Origin: Gracilinanus agilis
Taxonomy: Eukaryota
DNA length: 64,000 nucleotides
Assembly: GCF_016433145.1 (NCBI RefSeq)
Contig: NC_058133.1
Span: 384,296,990 to 384,360,989, forward strand
Direction: 5' to 3'
Both the position numbers and the translations under genes were made by a program. The notes under the pieces are model-generated. The model was not told the DNA's origin and ran no database searches. It saw only the letters and a program-made list of their open reading frames with translations. Positions 53,561 through 64,000 of this stretch are shown piece after piece; within the stretch, counting starts at the first letter, position 1, and every line of letters begins with the position of its first letter.

Positions 53561-56499
53561 TGGCCTAAGATTCAGAAAGAGTAGTAGCAGCCTTGATCTG
53601 ACCTTTCCTTTATTTCAATCCCATTACTCTATACTCACTCTTCCTTGTCTCACACTTGTGCTACATAAAATATTTGCCCCCCCCATTCCCTATTTTTAAC
53701 AGCTTTATTGAAATATCATATGAAAGAGACTTAGATGACTTGGATTATATTCAAAGAATGGCAGGGTTTGAAAGGGTCCTCAAAAGTCATCTGGTTCAAC
53801 CCGTTCATTTTTACAAAAAGGAAACTGGGACTTATAGAGGTCAATTGACTTGCCCAAAGTTACAAGCCAAGTGACCCATACCTTTTATTTTCCTCCTATA
53901 GGTTTCTACTGACATATATTATATAACAAAGATTCAGGCTATGCCAAAGCTATTTTGTGCTGGGTAAAATAAAGATCTGAAAAATGTAGGAGGCTCTCAA
54001 ATGTATCTGTATAAGAATATAATACAGTTATCAAGTTCACATTCCTGGAATGTCCTGCTAAAACTTTGATTGGTTCTATGAGATGAATTAGAAGACAGTT
54101 ATTTCCACAGAAATAAAGTTATAAATGTTATCAGTAGGTGATTTAATACAAAAGACAGGGAGATGATTTTTATGACCAATCAATAGGTAGGTTATGATGT
54201 ATTAACAATTTTATTAAGAGCTGCTTATTCAAAGCAATTTTATCAGAGTCATGACTGGATTTCTTTTCAACCAACAAACCAGATGCTATTTTATGTCAAA
54301 AATATTCCAAAAACAACAAAAACTTAGTGCCAGTTGCTAGAAGGAAGTTTAAAGATAATTCCAAGGCCTATGAATAAACAATCAAATGGACAAGACCCTT
54401 AAGTATAATGCAATTCATTTTTTTTAAACTTGCCTGATATTGCCATTATTTTATGATCTCTCTACACAAGGGGGCTATGTAGGTTTTAAATATATATTTT
54501 AGAGTCTGCATATATTATATACAAGGCCACAAGAAAAGTCCAAAATGCTAGAAAATATTCAAGGAGAATATCTCTATATTCAAGGTGAGGAGATCAAAAG
54601 AAATTTCAATTAATAGTCTAAAATGAGCTTTAATAAAATTAATTTCAACAAAAAGAGATGTGGAGAGCTTTCATTGTAAACAATAGGGGTGATATGCATG
54701 AATTCAGAAATAGTGAAAATGCCGGTTGTTCCCCCTCTTTATGATGCTCTATGCTCAGCCACTGTGTCCACATGTGGACCAGGAAACCTTCCAACAATCT
54801 CACGTATTCCCATTCCATCTCATTATCCATTGTCTTTGTTTCATAAAATGTTGCTTTGGATTCATATGGTTTCAAATCAAGGGACCACAAGAGAATGAAT
54901 TTAGAACTTGAAAATAACATAGTGGCCATCAAATGTCTTAAACCCTGATTTTTACAGATGAGGGAATTAGTATACAGTGGTTAAATGATTTGCCCAGAGA
55001 CACATAGCTAGTCAATGTCTAAGATACAAGCTGAATCTAGGCCTTTCTGATCCCAAGTCTAGTGCTCTATTCTTTCATGTGTTTATGTTTTGAATACATA
55101 TTTTAGTAAACATGATTATAGGCTACTTATAACGAGAGTAAAAATCCTTTACTTCCCTTATATTTTGCCATTAATAATAATAATATTAATAATAATAATA
55201 GACAATACTTATTGATACACTGCTTTAAAGTTTGCAAAGTGCTTTTGATCTCACTTTCTTTTCACAAAAACCCTGGGAGAAGGATGGGTGCTAGTATTTT
55301 CACCATTTTACAGTTGAAGAATCTAAGGCAAAAAGAAGTTGGGTGAATTGCTCAGGGTAACATACCCTGGGTGGAATTGAATTCAAGTTCTCCTGATTCC
55401 AGGTCTAGCACTCTATCCCCTTTGCCACTTATTTGCCTCAGCCAACAAAGTACTAGGTATAAGATGACATTCAAATAATTAGTAATTAATTCCAGAGGGG
55501 ACTATTAAATAGGTCTAGCTATTTTTCTTTTTTGTTCTCAAAGTCTCATTTTGTTTTAACTTGATGTTTTGGGCCAAATTGTTCGCTTATGATAGGATAC
55601 TTGGATCCCCCTGCATCAGCTATAAGAGGATTTAAACAGAGGGATGATTTGAGTATTACTATCATTTAACTGACATAAGAAATACCTGGTTTTTTGATCA
55701 TTACCTTTTGGGTGCCAGAAGTATTTTCTGGCTGATGAAGCTTAAGATTCTCTGAGAGTGACATGAGTGCCCTGAATTTGAAGCACTCTGTTAAGATCAT
55801 TATTTCTGGGAACCTGAATCATCTATAACAGGAGAACACTTTTTTTTCAAACAAGAAATGATGCTCAAGAGTCCTAATGAGCCCAGTGCTTTTTAAGTAT
55901 TGTCCCTATCCTTTTTGATGGGTCTAGTCAGTGAAGGTAGATTTAAAATTTTATGATAATAAAGGCAGGATGGGTAAACAAATAGAAAAAAATCATTATT
56001 CACCCAAAAGCTCCAAAATCGTCCCCCAATAAAGTGACCAATAGCAAAATATATGGACCAAGGTTAACTTCCTCATCTTCTATGTTGAACAAAGTGTCTT
56101 CCATTTTTGAGGAAATACAATTTGAATTTATAAGCAGATAAAGGCAGCCTAGATAAGCCATAAATAGGCTGCACAATGAGTAATAAGAAGTTGAATCTGA
56201 AAATGGAGCTGTGTTTCTTCAGAAAGAAGATAATCACAAAACTTGTTTAGAAACATGTCAAGAAAGGTTTGGTTAATTTCTAGGAAAAAATGACAACAAA
56301 GTAAATTTCCTATCAATATAGGAACTGCAGTAACTCTGGATCTAGAATGTAGAGAAACTCTTGTTATCTGTCCAGCTAGTAAAGTAAGCATCTTATTGTC
56401 AAAGACTTCTAATGTATGTAGAAGCAGAGAGAATGCACATTTAAAGAGAATATTTGAGAAGTAGAAAGAAATTACACACTAGATAAGATTTTTATACCC

Positions 56500-57070
56500 A
56501 TTTCTTTTATTTTTCCAGATGACATATCAATACAATTTTAATAATAATTTTCTGATATTTTGCAATTCATGATCATCATATGAAAGGCAAAAGGAGACAC
56601 ATATCGCTTACACTAGAGAAAAATTCATGGAGAAAATAAAGTGAAGAATGGTCAGCTTTAATCAGCACTCAGGCTGTCAGTTTCTTCTATGGCAGTAGAC
56701 AAGTCTCTTCTTTTTTTATCATGAGCCATTTGGAGTTGCCCAAGACGCTTGCACTATTGATAAGTTAAGTCTTTCAGTTGATCATTATACATTATTGTTG
56801 TTACTGTATACAATGTTCTCCTGGTTCTGCTTACTTCACTTTGTATCACTTAATCTAAATCTTTCCGAGTGTTTTGGTGATCAACTTGTTCATCTTTTTC
56901 TTATGTATAGCACAACAATATCCATTACAATCAAATATCACAACTTGTTCAGTCATTTCCCAATTGATGGACATCCCTTCAGGTTCCAGTTTTTTGCCAA
57001 CACAAAAAGGGTTGTTATAAGGGTTTTTGTACTGGGAAGTACTTACTTTCTACCTGTCTTCTGTACCTAT
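56500..57070 (-). mobile_element. Old L1 3' fragment
   Basis: ctggttctgcttacttcactttgtatca...cacaacttgttcagtcatttcccaattgatggacatccc. Confidence 0.8.
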
Positions 57071-58309
57071 TTCATGAGGTGGGAAGCCACTGGCCCTTAA
57101 TTAGATTTTATGTTTCAGAAGCAAGACTTGATCCCAGGTCCTTCTCGCTTCCAAGTCAGCTACCTATCCATTAAGCCATGCCTCCTCTCACAGCACATTA
57201 TCCATGTATTATAAAGGCAAAATATAAAATAATCACATGCAAGAGTTTACATATTATTTTAGCAGAAAACCCCAGGCCCCTCCCCCCCCAAAGAAGTATG
57301 ATCTCAAAACAACCAATGCCTCACTTTCAAAAGTAGTCTGTCCTGGCTAGTGATGGATCAGTTGACATCCAGAGACAGAGAAAGCAAGGTGCTAAAGATT
57401 ACAAAGAATTCCCTCTTTGGTTGTTTGCACTCAACAAGCCACCAATTGTTCTTGGTTGAATGGCTTATTCTGGGAATTCCTCCGACAGGGAGGAATCAGA
57501 TAGCATCTGTCTCTTACAAATGAAGGCACTAGGCCAATGAACAGTACTCATTATTTCAGACAACAACAAATGAAGTCAGTGCAAGGAGGAACCAGGTGGT
57601 TTCCTGCTCATAAAACCACTTAATGCATTAAGATCACACTCTGTTGCCCACTTGTGTCTACTAAGAGTTTTTGTTTTCAATTTCTCTATAAGTACAATTA
57701 TTACAATAAAATCTTACTAACTCAAAGCTCTACTCACTGAGATTTCTGTCATGATTCAGACACTGAAGGGCTTCTGGGATGTTTTCATTATTTAGTAAAA
57801 AATGCATTCGTTACAAGTGCCAGCAAATAATTTGTACTACAAGGCTTAAATTTATGATGCATTATACAGTAAGGGCCTACTGCGAATTGTAACTTTTCCT
57901 AACAATCTGCCTCATTTAATTTATCAGCACTCATTTAAATCTTGGTTTATACTATTTATGGTACTTGAAAGTAATAAAAGCATCCCTTTCTTAAAATCTA
58001 TAATTCAGTTATTTCCTTTAATTCAGAGGGCTCCCTTTTTTTCCTCCTCTTCCAAATATTGGGTTTGCTGTCAAAAGAGATGAATTCATGTTCCAGCTCC
58101 ACCATTTAAAAGCTGAGCATCAATTTCCTTGACCAAAAAATTCTGATGGCATCAATATTTTAACTATTTACTTCACAAGGTTCAAGTGAAAAATAAATGA
58201 AGTAACATGTAAAGTACCATATATACCCCTTCTCCATCCATTACAAGAGGTAAAATGTAAGTATTTAGAATCTACTTATTCAGGACATTATCTACATCAG
58301 AGTTATTAA

Positions 58310-58700
58310 GATCTATTTATTTAAATTGACAAGCATTTCTTAATTAAGCACCTTCAGAAGTGCCAGGCACAGTACTAAATACTGGGAAAAAAAAGAAAGA
58401 AAGGAAGGAAGGAAGAAAGGAAGGAAGGAAGGAAGGAAGGAAGGAAGGAAGGAAGGAAGGAAGGAAGGAAGGGAAGTGGCGGGGAAGACCCTGCCCATCA
58501 AGAATTTATAAATCCTTGCAGGAGGATCATTGCAGAAGGCTGGACTTTTAAGTGAGGAAGGTTAAGTGAGGAAGGAAGTGAGGGAAACCAAGAGGCAAAG
58601 GTAAGGAGAGACAGAATCCCAGGATTGGGAGATAGCCAGTAAAAATGCACTCAGGGGAAGGAATGAACTTCCTACAAGAGGAACAGCAAGACAGCCAGTT
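58310..58700 (-). mobile_element. L2 3' region containing an expanded GGAA repeat
   Basis: aagcatttcttaattaagcacc...gtgccaggcacagtactaaatactgg. Confidence 0.75.
58395..58476 (+). repeat. (GAAA)/(GGAA)n microsatellite
   Basis: Near-perfect GGAA array; explains ORF 58360..58551 (KEGR repeats). Confidence 0.98.
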
Positions 58701-58739
58701 TCTAGGGAGTAATTTATGAGTAAGTTATGAGAAACAGCT

Positions 58740-58935
58740 AAGTAACACAGTGGATTAGGACACTGAGCCTGGAGTCAACATCTGAGTTCAAAATCAAATT
58801 CAGACATTTATTAGTTGGGCAATACTGGACACAAACTTTGCCTTAGTTTCCTCTTTTATAATATGAGGATAAAAGTAGCATCTATAACCCAGGGTAGGTG
58901 TGAGGATCAAATGAGATAGTTTTAGAGTGCTATAT
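58740..58935 (+). mobile_element. MIR
   Basis: cagtggattaggacactgagcctggagtc...gccttagtttcctc...tgtgaggatcaaatgagata. Confidence 0.8.
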
Positions 58936-58944
58936 AACCTTTTA

Positions 58945-59500
58945 GGGAGAGTATGTTGGTGTAATAGTTAACTGGATCTGGAGTTAGGAAGACAAGTTCA
59001 AAAACAGCCTCAGAGACTTATGAAAAAGAAAACTAGCCACATTCAGAGGAATAGCTGTGGGAGGAGAAACACAGAGTAAAAACAACTGCTTTAACACATG
59101 GGCTGATGGGGATATTATTGGGGATGAAGACACTAAATGATAACTCTAGTCCAACTATCAATAATATGGAATTAGGTCTTAATCAATGATACATATGAAA
59201 CCCAGTGGAACTGTGCATTGTTAAGAAGGGTTAGGGGAGAGGGAAAGAACATGAAACATGTAACTATGGGAAAATATTCCAAATAAATAGAAAAATATAA
59301 AAAACAAAAAAAACAGCCTCAGGCAGTTACTAGCTGTGTGACTCTGGGAAAGCCACTTAACCTTTTTTTGCCAGTTTTTTTCATCTGTAAAATAAATGAA
59401 AAGGGAAATGGCAAACTACTTCAATATCTTTGCCCAAAAAAATCCCAAATGGAATCATGAAGTATGGGATATGACTGAAACAAGTAAACAGCAACATAAC
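58945..59500 (+). mobile_element. MAR1 SINE split by an L1 3' UTR
   Basis: Head ...agttcaaaaacagcctcag resumes after the insert as gcagttactagctgtgtgac...aagggaaatggcaaactacttcaatatctttgcc. Confidence 0.85.
59014..59308 (+). mobile_element. L1 3' UTR only (about 295 bp)
   Basis: Homologous to 25140-25430. Perfect 14-bp TSD aaaaacagcctcag at 59000-59013 and 59309-59322. Confidence 0.95.
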
Positions 59501-59514
59501 TTTTAAGAGGCTAT

Positions 59515-59632
59515 AATGATGATGGTAGTGGTGGTGTTGGAGGGTAGTGATGATAATAATGATAGGAGGAAGAAGAGGAGGAAAAGGAGAATAAGAAGGA
59601 GGAGAAGAAAAAGATGATGATAATCATGGTAA
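59515..59632 (+). repeat. Degenerate GAT/GGT/GAG/GAA triplet low-complexity tract
   Basis: gatgatggtagtggtggt...gaggaagaagaggaggaa...gatgatgataat. Confidence 0.85.
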
Positions 59633-59990
59633 AGATAGGGAAAGTGATCCTACAGGTAACAGGGAGCTGTTCAAATTTATTAAAAAGAGAAATGGTATGG
59701 TTAGATTTGCACTTTAGGAGGAACTCATAGCTAAGTGGAGCATTGTCTGGAAAAAAGAAAATATTGAGGCAGGGAAGCCAAACAAATCCACTATAAAGAT
59801 TTGGACCTTAAGTAATGAATATCTGCACTGGAGTGGGTGGTGATGGCAAGGAGAGAGTAGAGAAATGGGCATATACATGAAGAATGCCACAAAAAGTAGA
59901 ATGAATGCTCTGCAAATGAGAGATTGAATATAGTGGAGGAGTTAGAGTGAGGAGTAAAGGCTGATACCTAGTTTTTAAGCCTGGTAATTA

Positions 59991-61175
59991 AGCTCAAGGA
60001 TCACTATAGACAATGATTATAGCCATGAAATTAAAAAATTCTTGCTTCTTGGAAGGAAACCTATGGCAAAACTGAAGAGTATGCTAAAAAGCAGAGACAT
60101 CACCTTGCTAACAAAGGTCCTTATCGTCAAAGCTATGTTTTTTTCTTTCTTAAAAATAATATTTTATTTTACCCTGTTACATGTACAAAACAATTTTAAC
60201 ATTCACTTTTTTTAAGTTCCAAAATCTCTCCCATCCTCTGACCCTTCCTCATTCCTTTCCTATTCTCTCCCTTCCCTGAGATGACAAATAATCTGATAAA
60301 TATGTGTAATCATGTAAAGCAATTTTTCCATATTAGACATTTGGTGGAAGAGATCTCAAGTCGAAAAAAAGAAGCAAAAGAAGAAAGAAAAGAAAATATA
60401 GTATGTTTCAGTCTGCATATAGGCTCCATCAGTTCTTTTTCGAGGAGGGCAGATGGCATTTTTCATCATGATTCTCTTGGATCACTACATTCCTGAGAAT
60501 AAGTAGATCATACAGAGTTGCTTATCATGAAATTTTGCTGTTACTGTATACAGTTTTTTTTTGGTTCTGCTCACTTCACTTTGCATTGGTACATGGAAGT
60601 CTTCTCAGAATTCTCTGAAATCATCCAGTTTGTCATTTCTTTTACCACAATAGTATTCTATAACTATTATATACCACAATTTCACAAATGAAGGACAACC
60701 CCTTAATTTTAAATTCTTTGCTACCACAAAAAGAGTTAAAGCTATGTTTTTTCAAGTAGTAATGTATGGCTGTGAGAGTTGAACTTATAAGAAAAGCTAA
60801 GCACGGCAAAAATGACTTTTTTGGATTGTGGTACAGAAGACTTTTGAGAGTCCCTTAGGCAGTAAAAATCAAACCACTCAATACACTAAAATAAAGTAAT
60901 TCGGACTACCCACTGGAAGAATAAATACTGAAACTAAAGTTTAACAACTTTGGCCACATAATGAGAAGAGAGGACTCATTGGAAAAGACCCTGACATTGG
61001 GGGAAATTGAAGGCAAAGGGAGAAGAGAATAGCAGAGTATGAGATGTATGAATAGTGTCATGGAAGCAAAGAAAATGAACTTGAACAGACCTTGGGAGAT
61101 AGTGGAAGATAGAAGGGCCTGGTGTGCTAAGGTCTGTGCAGGCACTAGGAGTTAGACAGGAATGAATAAACAACA
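59991..61175 (+). mobile_element. BovB/RTE-clade LINE 3' end, split by L1
   Basis: aaaaagcagagacatcaccttgctaacaaaggtcc...caaagctatg, resuming ...gagagtccctt...ttggccacataatgagaagagaggactcattggaaaagaccctgacattgggggaaattgaaggc (GHIMRREDSLEKTLTLGEIEG). Confidence 0.92.
60144..60737 (-). mobile_element. Old L1 3' end inserted in RTE
   Basis: Antisense L1 3' UTR and ORF2 end. 15-bp TSD aaagctatgtttttt at 60129-60143 and 60738-60752. Confidence 0.92.
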
Positions 61176-64000
61176 ATTAGAATGGTTTTACCTTGGAAAG
61201 TAAGGGGGATGGTAGGAAACGGGATGTTTAGGGGGAAAATATTAAGTTCATTTTAAAGACAATGAGTTTAAAATATCTATGGGATATTCATTTCCAGATG
61301 TCCAGTGGGCACTTAGTAATGAAAACTAGAGGTCACAATAGATGGTAGGCCAGATAAGTATATCTGAGAATCATCTAGAAAGGATCTTTTAATCCCTGGC
61401 TGCTCAAAAGATCACCAAACAAAATAGTAGAAAGGGAGAAGATAATTATTTCCTTTTATACAGCCATCTTCTTAGATTATACTCTATTGATGGAGGGGGC
61501 AGACAATATGCACACAAAAAATCAAATAAAAATATGTACAAAGTAATTTCTATAAGAGAGCACAAGTGTAATATAAATAGGACAATAAAGCATGGATTCA
61601 AGAGGAAAAGTCAGAAGGGTAGTTAGGACTGATGAGCATTGTGTGGCTAAGAAAACGGGGACTGAAAGCCAAAAGAACAGAGTTTCTGCTTAGGCAGCCT
61701 ACAACTCATAATAAAAGTCGGAGTAGAAGCTTAAGGCAAAAGACTTTTAAATTCTTCATTGGAGCAATCGTAAAGTACATTTGATTAGCAATCCTAGACT
61801 AAGACTGAAGAAGACAGATGGCTCATCACTGATTATGCAAGGAAAAATTGATGAAAGCCTGGGGTCTGGTTGATTATGGAGTATAGGTCAAACTTACTAT
61901 GTTGTCTAGCAATGTAACTGTGAACAGTATAAAAGATTTCATGACCCAAAACTATCTTCATTTTCAATCGTTATATAATGAATATAATGAATTTCAGTAT
62001 AGCTGTAATTAAACTGCAATTATAATTAAAATTATCAAATTTATCTACTATAATTTGCCTTACTCTCCCGGGCTAATTATGTCTGAGGATGTCATTGTCC
62101 TCTAGATAGTTAAAGATTTTTATCTTTTTTGTTAAATAAGAGAACCCTGACTTGGCAAATAACATCAATAGTAGAGAATACCTCTCCCCTGGACTTTTCA
62201 AGTTTAGTTATTTCCTTTCCAATTCCATTTTCTACCTTTACCCTCATGTTCGACCTCACCCCAGTTCCCAAGAATTCTTCAGAAACAATAAACTAACCAC
62301 CTAATCAAAATTTCTGTAAGTACTCAAATACTCAAAAGCACTTGGAGGACCTTAAAATCTCTTTACATATTTTAAATAATTTCATCAAGACCCGTACAGG
62401 TTACTACAATCAGATTTATCAAAATGCCATTGTGGCTAGAGATTTTTTCATTACTGTATGATTAGATGATCTGAACAAAGTTCTTGATAAATCGGTCTTT
62501 TTTTCCCCCTTTTCCATTAAATTGTCTTATGTGGAATGGTTTAAAGGAACCATCACATCAAAAACATAAGTGTAGTAATATAGGGAACACTAGACTAGTC
62601 AACAGACCTAGATTTTAGTCTCAACACTGCTACTTCAGCAAATCATTTCTAGTCACTGGGCCTCAGTACATTCATTGAAATATGAGATGGGCATAATAGT
62701 GCATGTCTTCTAAAGCACCTTCAAAACTCTAAATTTTAGTTTTGTATTTTTCACACAGAGTGGATCTCTTTTTTCACTAATCCTGTGATCTCTGGAAGTT
62801 GAAGTCTAATCTTTGGGCACACAAGCACTTCTAAAATTAAGATGATTCCTTAAAACTTTTTCTATGATTTATTTTTAATGTCTCTAAACAAATAGTTCAC
62901 TTTTACAATTAAGTCTTGACATTTAGCAAACTAAGTGTCAATCCCAAGTTTAACTAGTTCTAAAAAATATGAGTGAAAATGCAAAGTCTGACAATAATTT
63001 CAACTGTTGTTGAGATTATGAAAGAAAATACCGATATATATTTTTTCCCAAGGTCAATTGTAAATTGAGAAATTGGGTTGTTTCCTGATTAATCTTCTGT
63101 AAAGTAAACTTTAGCAGGCAAAAGAGTCACTGGTGGTGAATTACTTTCCTTAAAAATTCTACTAAACACAAAAGTAGTGGGATGGTAATGGAATAAATGT
63201 CTTGAAAATGCTGAAAAGCAGTATCAAACTATCCCCATGCACGTATGTCTGCTAATAAGCTCTCCAAATTATCTTACTTAGCATAGTTTCTCCAGTTTGA
63301 AATGTATATAAACAAGAATGTCAAAGGAAATATTTCTGAAATCATTCAAAATTTGGGTTTCATCTCAGATGAGGAAAATAAAATTTTAATTAATAAATGA
63401 AAGAATAAATAAATCTAACTAAAGTACTACAGTTTTATTCTGGATAGAACTTAAGTTTCCAAATGTGCATAAACCTCACAAAAATTAGAGTGCAATTAAA
63501 AAGAAACAGTCTTGACTCAATAGGATGCTGATATGACCAAGAATTTAAACATGAGAGTCTCTGAACTACAATAAAAAAAGGGGAGTATAATCTGCAAATC
63601 ATAAATGTTGATCATTAAAAGCTTTAATGCTACCTATAACAAATAGGGGCTCTATAATTACAATCAAAGCATATAATTAGGAAAATTGCCAGAAAGAGCA
63701 AGCCCTTTCAGTGGTCTATAAAAATATGTTAACCCATAGTTTCCTCAAATTCTTCCCATCATCACATTCAAGAATCAGGTTATTGATGACCTTCTTACTA
63801 TATGTATTTCTAATTTGTCACAATAAATAATCTAAGTTAATTATCAAGTCCTAATCAATTAACCAGTTATTATTCTACTTAACTTTGACATGGCTATGGC
63901 TATCAAATCTATTCCCTATCCTTAACATTAATGTGGGAAAAATTGGGGAAGAGAATTACTGGTTACATTCAAATGATATTAATCAATCTCATCAAGTTTC

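Larger units (their letters stand above)
59630..61440 (-). mobile_element. L2, interrupted by RTE (arms ~59630-59990 and ~61176-61440)
   Basis: Left arm ends ...gatacctagtttttaagcctggtaatt. Right arm resumes agaatggttttacc...agttcattttaaagacaatgagttt. Confidence 0.75.

Noticed and set aside
61627-61660. Hammerhead ribozyme core CTGATGA (also at ~9025, ~55737, and minus strand ~21195, ~35616)
   Set aside because: None has stem II closed directly by GAAA or supporting stems I and III.
1-64000. CRISPR arrays, rRNA, tRNA, snRNA copies or numts
   Set aside because: None seen. The only tRNA-like sequences are the Pol III A/B boxes of SINE heads, and the recurring ~190-bp units are dispersed SINEs, not an array.

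Overview
AT-rich, CpG-poor, non-coding marsupial genomic DNA, very likely Monodelphis domestica (opossum). The assignment rests on 13 SINE1_Mdo-type tRNA/CORE SINEs, several young and with intact target-site duplications (TSDs). The window is a layered transposon landscape: SINE1 (three tail variants), MAR1 (CORE plus RTE tail), MIR/MdoRep1-type CORE SINEs, 5'-truncated L1s, ancient L2s, a BovB/RTE LINE and microsatellites. I recognise no protein-coding gene, RNA gene or CRISPR array. The ORF track is explained by L1/L2 remnants and chance. By eye A-runs outnumber T-runs on the + strand, which hints at an intron of a minus-strand gene. A few minus-strand exon candidates exist, but their phases do not chain and none matches a protein I know. 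The most interesting signals are: a covarying hairpin in the SINE tail that is lost in younger subfamilies; a ~98% identical inverted SINE pair 26 kb apart; templated inverted insertions and perfect palindromes; and an L2>RTE>L1 nest. I found no convincing new biological system. Family names are from memory of consensus sequences, not a database search, and boundaries of old repeats are approximate.
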